A stretch of DNA of 35,024 bases from Octopus sinensis. Lineage: Eukaryota. The position numbers and the translations under genes are program-made. The stretch lies in the NCBI RefSeq assembly GCF_006345805.1, contig NW_021829908.1, positions 1 through 35,024 of the forward strand, in the 5' to 3' direction. Below are positions 22,258-33,360 of the stretch, one piece after another. A model generated the notes under the pieces. That model had not been told where the DNA came from. It saw nothing but the letters and a program-made list of their open reading frames with translations, and made no database searches. The stretch's first letter is position 1, and every line of letters begins with the position of its first letter.

Positions 22258-22629
22258 AGCACATACCCAAGGCCACAGAACTGCGCTCGGTAGTGAAGTG
22301 AAAATACGTGATAAAAAATGAGGATTCTTTGGGGTTTGAATAATTCACCTCTGGAAACATGGGTGTTTTCTTTCAACATCCTTAAAAACAACTCTTATTC
22401 AGGGACCTGTGAGCGGGATGGCTACTCAACCTGAAGAAAATTCTAACTGGGTCCCACCTGCAAGGTCATGTGCTGTTTATCTTGATATGAGATCACCATG
22501 TCGCGCACATATGGTTGTGATGCATGTGCCCGGTGTACCCTTATCAGACAGGTAGTCATGATGGGTATATTGGGCTTCGTATATTTTACCCCAGTGTCAC
22601 TTTGATGGCATGAACTGCTTTCTCACTCA
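22258..22629 (+). mobile_element. Chimera: family A extreme 3' end (22258-22318) fused to a family C fragment
   Basis: CACATACCCAAGG...CGGTAGTGAAGTG followed almost directly by GGATTCTTTGGGGTTTG matching 21150 onward. Confidence 0.75.
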
Positions 22630-22653
22630 ATAATAATAATAATAATAATAATG

Positions 22654-22702
<49 letters not shown>

Positions 22703-22720
22703 TAATAATAATAATAATAA

Positions 22721-25574
22721 ATTACTGAAAAATACAATATGAAAACTATACTTGATATTGATGCCACCATAGAAATCATCAAACAAAAGGTATCTGCCAA
22801 AGCTGCCCGCATAGCGAGGTATGAAAAGCGTTTTTGATTTTTCAAGGACAACAACATGTTCAAAAATAACACACAAGAATTTTTACAGGAAGATAGGAAA
22901 AAACAGCGTTTACTGCAGGGTCTGTATCATCAAAAGAAGAAGTGCAGAGATTTTGGAATAAAATCTGGGCAGAAGAAAAAAACACAACGAAAAGGCCCCC
23001 TGGATTGACAGAATATCTACAGAACTGGACCCCTTAGAAGAGCAAAAGTGGGAGGGTGTCAGGTAGAAGATATAAGATCTGCTCTCAGGAGGTCAAGCAA
23101 ATGGAAGTCTCCAGGAAAGGATAAAATTCCTAACTTCTGGCTGAATGCCTTCCCAGAGAGCCATGAACTGCTAACAGAACTGTTAATGATGTTTTGCAAC
23201 ACCCTAGTAGGATGCCTCCTTGGCTAGTTAATGGGTTAACATTCCTGCTTCCAAAAAGTGAAGAAACAAATGAACCAAAAAACTATAGACCCATAACCTG
23301 CTTAACAACTATGTACAAAACACTAACATCTGTCCTGACGGAATATACCTATAGTTTTTTAACAGACAGCAGCATATTCCCTAATGAACACAAAGGATGT
23401 AAACGTGGATCCTACGGCTGTAAAGACCAACTACTCATCAATAAGATGATCTTAGAAGATTGTCACAAACGACACAAAAACTTATCAATAGCCTGGATAG
23501 ACTATAAAAAGGCTTTTGATAGCCTACCACATAGCTGGATTAGGAAATGCCTTGAAATGTATAAGATAGCACCACTCTGCGAAACTTCTTGACTGTAAGT
23601 ATGAGATCATGGAGAACCACACTAACTCTGAACAGTGACAGTGAATCCCTAAATGCTGGTGATGTAAAAATTTCGTGTGGCATTTTCCAGGGTGACTCAC
23701 TGTCACCACTCCTCTTTTGTTTATCCTTAATACCTCTCTCAAAGCTGCTCAATGACGCGCAGTACGGGTATAAAATGTTTGATAAAAATATAAATCATCT
23801 CGATTACATGGATGATTTAAAGCTTTTTGCAAAAAATGATCAACAACTCAAGGGCTTACTAGCGATAGTCAAACAATTCAGTGACGACATCAGAATGCAA
23901 TTCGGCCTCGATAAATGTGCAAAGGCTACCTTTATCAAAAGAAAAATGACAGAAACATCTAACGTTAACCTTGACCAACAGAATGTCATAAAAGAACTAG
24001 ACCCAGCGGAGAGCTACAAGTACCTAGGGGTAATTGAAGGGAACGGAATAAGGCATTCAGAGATGAAGGAAAGGATCAGGAGAGAATGCTATCGAAGAGT
24101 GAGAGCAATACTCAAGACAGAGCTGAATGCAAGAAAAGGATCGAAGCAATCAATGCATTAGCTATACCAGTCGTGACTTACAGTTTCAATATTGTTAACT
24201 GGTCAATTACTGAAATATGTCAGCACGACAGAAAAAAATAAGGAAACGTTGACAATGCATAGAATGCACCACCCTAAGGCAGATACAGAACGACTCTATC
24301 TGCCAAGAAAAGAGGGAGGCCGTGGTCTTTTGCAACTGGCAATAACAATGAAGATTGCTACAATTGGCCTAGACACCCCTGAAAAACTCTGAGGACTGGA
24401 TGCTAAAACTTGTCTCAAAACATGAAAACAAGAAAGCATCATACTCAGTCACAAAACAGGCAAAGGAATATCTAAGTGATTCCGAATACAACCAATTTCG
24501 GAATTAGAGATAGATATACAAGAAACAAGTACAGAAAAAGCTAGGCGCATGAAAACCCGTGGCAAAACTGCGGCCTTAGATATTCTGAATAATAAATGGC
24601 AAGAAAAACCTCTCTATGGCAAATACCCAAAGAGAGCGAATAATGCAGATATCGACAAAGCCCTGACCCATCAATGGCTAATGGCCTCTGGCTTAAAATC
24701 TGAAACAGAGGGGTTTATCATAGCAGCTCAAGATCAATGCCTACCAACAAGAAACTACCAGGCCAACATATTAAAGATCAGAAGCAGTCCAACGGTCGTG
24801 TATGCAAGCAACAAAATGAAACCATTGACCATGTGGTCTCCAAGTGCAGTCTTCTAGCGCCTACAGAGTATCTCAACAGGCATGATAGAGCTGCACAATA
24901 TATTCACTGGGTAATCTGTAAAAACCTGGATTTGCCCCATGAAAAAAACTGGTGGGAACACAAACCACCCCCAGTGCTTGAAAATGACCACATCTCACTC
25001 CTCTGGAACTTCACCATTCAAACTGACAGGAAGATAGATGCAAATAGTCCAGACATCATATTGAAAGACTTCAAACAAAGAACATGCCTCCTCATTGATA
25101 TGACTGTCCCAATCGATATAAACGTATCTGTCAAGACCTACCAAAAACTGAGCAAATATAAAGATCTGGAAATAGAAATCAGCAAAATGTGGAAGCTGAA
25201 GACTAAAACAATACCTGTTGTCATAGGTGCCCTGGGAATGATAGCAAAAGGGGCTGATAGCTACCTAACTCAGATACCAGGAAACCCAAAAATGGCAGAA
25301 GTTCAAAAGATAGTGCTCATGGGAACTGCTCATATCCTACGCAAAATACTCTCTATGTAATCTCAAGGTTTAAAACAAACATAATTTTCGGTTTAAAAAA
25401 AAAAAAAAAAAACCTTTTTTTTTTTAGACATTCATTAGTACAACATCCCCACCCCCCAAATAGATGGCACACTAGGCATAACAACAACATGAACTTCCAA
25501 CCCTGTTGTCTCTTGAGGTCTCTGGGTGAGACTTGGAGCCAACTTGTACAAATATAAAGCAAAAGTCAAACATA

Positions 25575-25575
<1 letters not shown>
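22721..25575 (+). mobile_element. R4/Dong-type LINE family B, longest copy (RT + CCHC + RLE + 3' UTR), frameshifted
   Basis: IKQKVSAKAARIARY, NYRPITCL, WIDYKKAFDS, GIFQGDSLSPLLF, YMDDLKL, HHPKAD.ERLYLPRKEGGRGL, ETEGFIIAAQDQ, ETIDHVVSKC, RHD, SPDII..LLIDM, KYKDL; stop at 25360. Confidence 0.93.
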
Positions 25576-25635
<60 letters not shown>

Positions 25636-25745
25636 TATAATAATAAAAATAATAATGATAATGATGATGATGATGATGATGTTGATGGTGATGATAATAA
25701 TAATAATGATAATGATTATAATAATTGCTCAATAATAATGATAAA

Positions 25746-27120
25746 AATTGCTCAATGACGCGCAGTACAGATATAAAATGTTGGATAAAAATATAAATCA
25801 TCTCATTTACATGGATGATTTAAAGCTCTTTGAAAAAAATGTCCAACAACTCAAGGGCTTACTAGAGATTGTTAAACAATTCAGTTATGACATCAGAATG
25901 CAATTTGGGCTCGATAAATGTGCAAACGCTACCTTTATCACAGGGAAAATGACAGAAACATCTAACGTTAACCTTGACCAGCAGAATGTCATAAAATAAT
26001 TAGACCCAGCGGAGAGCTACAACTACCTAGGGGTAATTGAAGAGGACGGAATAAGGCATTCAGTGATGAAGGAAAGGATCAGGAGAGAATGTTATCGCAG
26101 AGTAAGAGCAATACTCAAGACAGAGCGGAATGCGAGAAGCAGTCGTGACTTACAGTTTCAATATCGTTAACTGGTCAATTACTGAAATATGTAATCTTGA
26201 CAGAAAAATAAGAAAACTGTTGACAATGCATAGAATGCACCACCCTAAGGCAGATATAGAACGGCTTTATCTGCCAAGAAAAGAGGGAGGCCGTGGACTT
26301 TTACAACCGGCAATAACAATGAAGATTGCTACAATTGGCCTAGACACCTACCAGAAAAACTCTGAGGACTGGATGTTAAAACTTGTCTCAAAACTTGAAA
26401 ACAAGAAAGCATCATACTCAGTAACAAAACAGGCAGTAAAATATATATGTGAATTCTGAATACAACAAATTTCGGAATTAGACATACAAGAAACAAGCAC
26501 AGAAAAAGCTAAGCGCATGAAAACCCGTGCTAAAACTGCGGCCTTAGATATTCTGAATGATAAATGGCAAGAAAAACCTCTCTATAGCAAATACCTAAAG
26601 AGAGCGAATAATGCAGATGTTGACAAAGCCCTAACCCATCAATGGCTAATGGCCTCTGGCTTAAAATCTGAAACAGAAGGGTTTATAAACGTATCCGTCA
26701 AGACCTACCAAAAACCGAGCAAATATAAAGATCTTGAAATAGAAATCAGCAAAATCTGGAACCTGAAGACTAAAACAATACCTGTTGTCATAGGTGCCCT
26801 GAGAATGATAGCAAAAGGAGCTGATTGCTACCTAACTCAGATACCAGTAAATCCCCAAATGGCAGAAATTCAAAAGATAGTGCTCATGGGAACTGCTCAT
26901 ATCCTACGCAAAATACTTTCTATGTAATCTCAAGTTTTAAAACAAACATAATTTTCGTATGTTTTTTTTTAGACATTCACTAGTACAACACTAAATACAA
27001 AACCAAATATATGGCACACTAGGCATAACAACAACATGAACTTCCAACCTGTTGTCTCTTGATGTCTCTGGGTGAGACTTGGAGCCAATTTGTACAAATA
27101 TAAAGCAAAAGTCAAACATA

Positions 27121-27121
<1 letters not shown>
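25746..27121 (+). mobile_element. Family B copy, 5'-truncated, with a deletion of about 395 bp removing the CCHC finger and the RLE PD..D region
   Basis: GGTTTATAAACG at about 26680 joins the equivalents of about 24718 and 25115 of the longer copy. Confidence 0.88.
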
Positions 27122-27183
<62 letters not shown>

Positions 27184-27320
27184 GAAGAAGAAGAAGAAGA
27201 AGAAGGAGAAGAAGGCTGGACGTGACAGAGGCTGGACGTTTTCTTCGCTGCTCTGACCTGTCAGCAGCTAACTCAGCAGGACAACTGAAAAAACAACTGT
27301 AAAAAACTGGAAGATCTACT

Positions 27321-27494
27321 GTTTAAAACAAACAATTTTTTTTAGGCATTCACTAGTACAACACTAAATACAAAACCAAATATATGGGAACACTAGGCAT
27401 AACAACAATACGAACTTCCAACATTTTGTCTCTTGAGGTCTCTGTGTGAGACTTGAAGCCAACTTGTACAAATATAAAGCAAAAGTCAAACATA
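27321..27494 (+). mobile_element. Family B 3' UTR fragment
   Basis: Matches 26936-27121. Confidence 0.85.
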
Positions 27495-27516
27495 TAATAA
27501 TAATAATAATAATAAT

Positions 27517-27781
27517 AAAAAACAGAAACAATTCCTATCATAGTAGGTGCATTAGGCATGATAAAAAAATATTCAGACAAATACATAACAAAAACACCAG
27601 GACTTACAAATACATATAGCATACAGAAAATTGCACTACTAGGCACTGCACACATCCTACGCAGAACACTTTCAATACAGTAACCATCAGAGCATCACAA
27701 CAAATTACAGCACGTACCCAAGGCACATAGAGCTGCGCTCGGTAGTGAAGTGAAAGCACGATATAAAAATAAAACTACTGA
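27517..27781 (+). mobile_element. Family A 3' fragment
   Basis: Matches about 20555-20811; TAA on both sides. Confidence 0.85.
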
Positions 27782-28009
27782 ATGATAATAATAATAGCTC
27801 TAATTATATGAAAACCCCTGAAGATGCAGCAATTTAGAGATATTATTGTCTGGAGAGTAGTACATGTGAGTCCAAACACGCAGTCTTTGATGACGTGTTA
27901 GAACTAGTAATATACCGCTTCAACAAGGAAAGAAAACAAGGAATGAAAACATCCATTCTGGATATGAGGGTCTTCTGTATTTATAAATACGAATTTATAG
28001 GTAATAGAC

Positions 28010-28763
28010 CAGTAGTTCTCAACCGGTGTCCACATGTCCCTTGGGTGGGTAGGGTTCCATATAAGATTTTGCTGCCAAAATTTTTGGTTTTAAATCTACA
28101 AGAGACAAAATATTTTAATTCAAAAGACAGAATGTAGTAAACAGAACAGGAGGAAATATGTGGGATGTAGAATCACTGAAGTGGACACAAGACAGGAGGA
28201 GACATATGGGATGGAAAACGCTTAGAAAGACAAAATGGACTAAAGAGGACAAGAATTGCCACGCTGGCTGGAGAGTCCCTCAAGAGGTTACAGCTTGTGT
28301 GACGAAGGATTTCAGACAAAGACACAAAAAATTTTATACAATTCCTGATGAGAAAATTACTATTTTAAATCTCACAACGAGAGATATTCAGCAACAGTAC
28401 TTTGGAGTAAAGATTGTTTGCCAACATAACATGGCATTCATGGTTTACGCCGAATGTTGCTGTAATTTAGTCCCAGGAGACATCGTCTCCAGCTGGCTTT
28501 ACGACACAATCTGTGTCCATATGTTTTCAAACAAGAGAACCTAGTTCCCCCATTCAGCTCAAAACAAAATCTGTGTATCGCGATTTCCGGGTTATTTTGA
28601 GCTGAGTCGGGGTGCTAGATTCCCTTGTTCGAAAATATAAGGACACAGATCGTGTCGTATAGCCAGCTGGAGACGAATGGTAATGAGGGTCTCTCCGAGT
28701 AAAAAGAAGTCAAAGTGGTTCATAGGTAAAAAAAAAACAAAAACAAATGGTTGAGAAACATTA
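28010..28763. mobile_element. Possible hAT/Charlie-like non-autonomous DNA transposon relic
   Basis: CAGTAGTTCTCAACC at 28010 and imperfect inverse GGTTGAGAAACATTA at 28749; no matching 8-bp TSD found. Confidence 0.35.
28483..28676. mobile_element. Fold-back/MITE-like palindrome, 85-bp arms, 24-bp spacer
   Basis: 28483-28567 vs reverse complement of 28592-28676: about 12 mismatches in 85 by eye. Confidence 0.75.
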
Positions 28764-29525
28764 GGTATGAACGAAAGATGTACATAGGTGTTTGGTGATT
28801 ATAGTGGTCGTATATAAATATGTTTATATACGGACTGTCTGCATATAAATATGTTTATAAATATACTGACTGGAAAACATTATTAAAGTTATCAAATTAA
28901 TTATTTTTAATTAAATTTCTGATTAGAAGTTAAAAATATTTTTCCCATTTTGAAAGGAAAAAAAAAATTCTCATATTTTTTTCTCTCTCAGTTTTATTAT
29001 TAACTATGAATTAATATTAAAATACCTTGAAAAATGATTTTAATTTTAGAATTTTGTAACTATTCCCCTATTTCTGAGGAGTGGCATATAGCAATTTCTG
29101 TAGAATGCTTCAGTTATTGCAATCCCAGACAGACGTTTTATTGCAGACCCAAAGCAGAGTAGTGGATGGTGGGGTGGTCAGAAATCAAATTGGTCATTCA
29201 ATTTCGCTGTCATTCTTTCTTATTGCTGCAGTTGTTGTTGTTATTGTTGTTTTTACCTTTAGGTAATCTTGCGCTTTCAGGTTTGTTATAATGAATTGTA
29301 GCCAGATCATACGAACAATTATATAATGAGTGAACAACCTACAGCTATTACTTTCTCATCTCTTAGTTTGCTTCAATGTTATTTCGTTTTAATATAACAT
29401 CTTTGAAGCAGTTTATATTGGAAATGGATCGTTAACTTGACTTATAACTATTATTATAACTGAAATAGTTTAAAAAGACTGCCGAGTAAAATATATGAAA
29501 CTTTTAGGTTAACTAAAGAATATAC

Positions 29526-29858
29526 GTGTATGTATGTATGTATGTATGTATGTATGTATGTATGTATGTATGTATGTATGTATGTATGTATGTATGTATG
29601 TATGTATGCATGCATGCATGTATGTATGTATGTATGTATGTATGTATGTGTATGTATGTATGTATGTATGTATGCATGTATGTACGCATGTATGTATGTA
29701 TGTATGTATGTATGTATGCATGCATGTATGCATGTATGTATGTGCGTATTTATGTATGTATGTGCGTATTTATGTATGTATATGTATTTATTTATATATG
29801 CATATATATGCATATACATACATACATACATACATACATACATACATACATACATACA

Positions 29859-29910
<52 letters not shown>
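29526..29910. repeat. (TATG)n followed by its inverse (CATA)n, then (TA)n
   Basis: Orientation switch near 29805. Confidence 0.95.
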
Positions 29911-30109
29911 GTTGGAAGTTACAAGAAGCAAACAAAACAAATGACGAAGACGGGTATGTAAACAACAAACTAATGTATTAGTTTAACGCTCGGGAAGTGA
30001 GAAAGTCCTTTACGTTTCGAGCCTACGATCTTCAACGGAATGGAACATAGAAATAAACAGAGAGAGAAAATAAAGAAAAGGTTTAGTGGCTAGCGATCAA
30101 TCATGGCAT
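29911..30109 (-). mobile_element. Solo PLE terminal-repeat-like fragment, same family as 14370-14608, with hammerhead-like motif at 30005-30041
   Basis: Minus strand GCCATG.TTGAT.CGCTAGC ... CCGUUGA A GAUC GUAG GCUC GAAAC GUA AAGG ... GAGCG..A.ACTAATACA; flanked by (TA)n. Confidence 0.75.
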
Positions 30110-30118
30110 ATATATCTA

Positions 30119-30263
<145 letters not shown>

Positions 30264-30639
30264 ATATATATATATATATATGAATACATGCATACACACA
30301 CATATACAGACCCACATACGTCTATATATTATATATTATTGATTCAGAAATTTATTTAAATTCATGGGCTGAGTGCAACATCTGACACTTTCAAATCCGA
30401 AAAAGACGAAAATATTTTAACTCTTATGAGGCTACGATACCTGTCTATGTCCGTGTCAAACTAGGATTTTTCATATCAACTGTTATTTCCCCCAACGTAC
30501 ACCGTATGCACCCTGGAAAATTGAAGTTGAGAAGTTGTTTTTAACTATTAAAATGAGCTGTACTTCATTTCTTTTGAGTAACCCACATCAAACTTTCATA
30601 ATTAGTCGAGCATGTGACAATGCTCGACTAATTACGTTT

Positions 30640-30930
30640 CTGTGTTCGGCATTCATATCAAGCATTTCGGTACGTCTCTTTCTAGGAGATAGCCTGAGCA
30701 AATTCTCTGTTTGTTTATACAATAAATCACTATCAGCAGCTTCTTGATTCAGAGTTGGTGCATGAATAGAAATTACAAAAAGTCTTCTCTATATGGTAAT
30801 GAGTACTACGGTTCAAGATATTAATTTGAATACTTCCGATGAGCAAAAATAGTTCCATAAAGTGTCCTTGGCTCATCAATAGTTCTACTACAGCAAATAA
30901 TATTATTTTCTTTGACAGAATAAGAGCCCG
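30640..30930 (-). pseudogene. Old APE endonuclease fragment of an RTE/L2-like LINE
   Basis: Minus-strand ENNIICCSR...GTIFAHRK and LFVISIHAPT...DLLYKQ...LDMNA resemble the GVGF / SAYAPT / GDFNA motifs. Confidence 0.4.
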
Positions 30931-31124
30931 TTAGTTAATGCCCCATTAGTCAGGCTTCTTAGAGTGCAGCGAATTTGTAATGATATTGGCAGTTGTTTTG
31001 CATCAGTTTGATCATTGTCTTAGTGTATCATGTTCCGTGTACATTTAAATAATGATTCCTTGAATGCCCGAATGATAACATAATTATACATACATCCCAT
31101 ATATTGATAAATGACTATATATAT

Positions 31125-31300
31125 GTAAAGACATAATGGAATAAACAGAACAAGAGGAGACACGTAGGTTAGAGAGTTGCTGAAGAGATCACAGGATGTG
31201 TGACGATAAAGCTTTGGAAAAAAAACTAAAATAATGATAAAGCTGAAGTGAAGACCAAATATATAGTGCAGGTGTTTGATTGGTGAAATATGACCATCAC
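31125..31300 (+). mobile_element. Second copy of the 1695-1910 repeat, with a degenerate hammerhead-like motif at 31180-31217
   Basis: CUGAAGA G AUCACA GGAUG UGUGAC GAUAAAG CUU UGG. Confidence 0.5.
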
Positions 31301-31342
31301 TATGTATGTATATATATATATATATATAATATATATATATAT

Positions 31343-31860
31343 GACATCCGACTCGGTAATGACACCTCGGTCTCGCACCATTTCTGCTCTACCTGTCACT
31401 CCTTGCAACACCTATCTGTGTTCGGATTGTCCTTGCACAGGCGCCATCTGGACTCCAGTTTGCGCTGTGGACAGGGATTAATCTTCTCTCTTCGCTCCTT
31501 TGCACCACCTGGGATCAACTCTCCTCCTCTCTCCTCTTTCCCCTCACACCTACTTCCTCCCACCCACCCACCTCTCCTCTTTTGCTCCGACTCTTACTTC
31601 TTCTCTTCACTCCTTCTCTCTTCACTCCTACCCACCTTCTCCTTCCCCCTTCATCGTCACCCTCCCTCGTAATCCCATCCAACCCCAACACATTCCAACC
31701 CCACCTTCCCTATCCTTCCCATCCCACCCCACCCCATCCATCACACCCACTTCCATATACCACACATCTACCCACCCTCTGCCTACCTACATACCCCATC
31801 TCTACCCCCACCCTCTGCCTACCTACATGCCCCATCTTTGCTTTCCCATTCTCGCCTCCG
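31343..31860 (+). mobile_element. 5'-truncated 3' fragment of a PLE related to the 10590-14608 element
   Basis: 31343-31540 aligns to 13575-13760 (DIRLGNDTSVSHHF..HSLQHLSVFGLSLH); starts right after (TA)n. Confidence 0.85.
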
Positions 31861-31864
31861 CCAA

Positions 31865-33360
31865 TCTTAAGTATATAAAAGTCGAAAGTAATCATCCAAG
31901 CTCGGTAATGGATTTTTTGGTTTATAATATCTCTAAAAGAATTTCTAATTTTATTAATAGTTATCGCCAAGCTAACATGGCAGTCCAGAAAAATTGGACA
32001 CAGGTTTGTGTGTCACATAGCTAGCTTGAGGTGATAGCCTCTTGGAGCTAATCAATCGTCCTATTTTTCTGGATTTCCATGTTAGCTTGGCGATAACTAT
32101 TAATATCCAGTACCGCTGCCGTAGTTTCCTTTCGAGAGAATTAGAAATAATGATATTTCAAGTTCTAATCTATCATCTAATAAGGATACTTTTGACAAAA
32201 ATACTGACTATTATGATGTGGATCTCAGCAAAGCTGGGTATCGACAAAAATTGAAATATTATCCTAAAAATAAGAATATCGGTATCTCTAACAACATGGC
32301 TGTTTCTCATGTTAGTAAAGATTTTAAATAAATTTCCATGAATACGAATAGGGATAGGGTAAGTAAGGTTAAATGTCCAAATAAAAAGAAAAACGATATA
32401 CAAAATACGAGAACCAATGTATTGCTTCGTTCTTCTAATTGTCCTCATACGATTAGGAATATGAATAATTGGGTTAAAAAACAAACCCCTTATATATTTA
32501 ATAGGATTCGAAAATTTGAAAAATATGTTGCATGTGATAAGAACGACATCATTTGGTTTATATATCCATTCGCCAAGAAAATTAAGAATAATTTGGTCGG
32601 GGGCCTTATACAAACTTTTTTCTAAACACTTTACAAAGGAAAATAGATATTATGATACTATTAACCTTAGGTTTCTTAAAGTTGCATTTTTCTGTCTCAT
32701 ATAACTTGTCCCAGATTACATCTTCAATTAACGAAAAAATTTATCTTATTTTTATAATAATTATAATCATAGTAAATGCAACAATGGTAATGTTCTTAGA
32801 ACAGATGTTAATAAGAAACGTGCACTTGAGTCGTCTAGAGTACAAGGTAAAATAATCCAAATTAGAACTCATTTCAATCTCTTGAATATAGGTAACAGGG
32901 TAAATAATAATCATACTGAATGTAATGATATAGAACAGAATGATGATATGAGTAGTAATGACAATAACATTTTTGATTGCAAGGTTAGAAGTAAATGTTT
33001 ATTTAAAAATTATTGTAAACAAGCAAAAAAAAAATGTTTACAGAAGTTAAGTGAAATTTGAAGGTGAAAGTTTCTTTTACGTAGGAGCAACGCAAAATCT
33101 TTTCAAGAGACGCATGTCTAATCATATTTACACCTTTAATAATAGGATCAAGTCCTCTAGTAAACTCATTTGGGACTTGAAAAACAAGAAAAAAATTTTT
33201 CTGGGGAGTGAGAAATTATAAGCAAGGCTACTGCTTATAAGATTGGAAATGCCTTTTGTTTTCTCCAAATACCAAATCCTATTGTCCAGGAGGTGTCTTT
33301 TAAATACAAGGATTGAGACTGGTTTTTCATGTGTTGCCGCATGTAATTGGACTCTCAAAA
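31865..33360 (+). mobile_element. Decayed AT-rich Penelope-like element of a different clade (Naiad-like motifs from memory)
   Basis: SNHPSS..ISKRISN/LSSNKDTFDK..YYDVDLSKAGY; IIWFIYPFAK..SKHF; linker C-x5-C-x5-C at 32978-33016; FYVGATQNLFKRRMSNHIYTF; SKLIWDLK; EIISKA; LNTRIE. Confidence 0.7.
31950..32162. mobile_element. 213-bp insertion with 7-bp target duplication TTCTAAT and an internal inverted repeat of about 48 bp
   Basis: TTCTAAT at 31943-49 and 32163-69; removing the insert restores KRISNLSSNK; perfect 29-bp inverted repeat 31952-80 / 32077-105. Confidence 0.75.

Noticed and set aside
17229-27795. Repeat-spacer alternation resembling a CRISPR array
   Set aside because: The repeats are variable-length TAA microsatellites and the spacers are LINE fragments; eukaryotic context, no cas genes.
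27838-27865. Possible 28-nt exon (tttag ... CAT|gtgagt)
   Set aside because: No pyrimidine tract and no supporting frame evidence.
28344-28385. CTGATGAG...CTC as another hammerhead
   Set aside because: No GAAA (ACAA instead) and no convincing stem II or stem I.
29454-29981. Several MYVC/HTYI ORFs
   Set aside because: Translations of (TATG)n.
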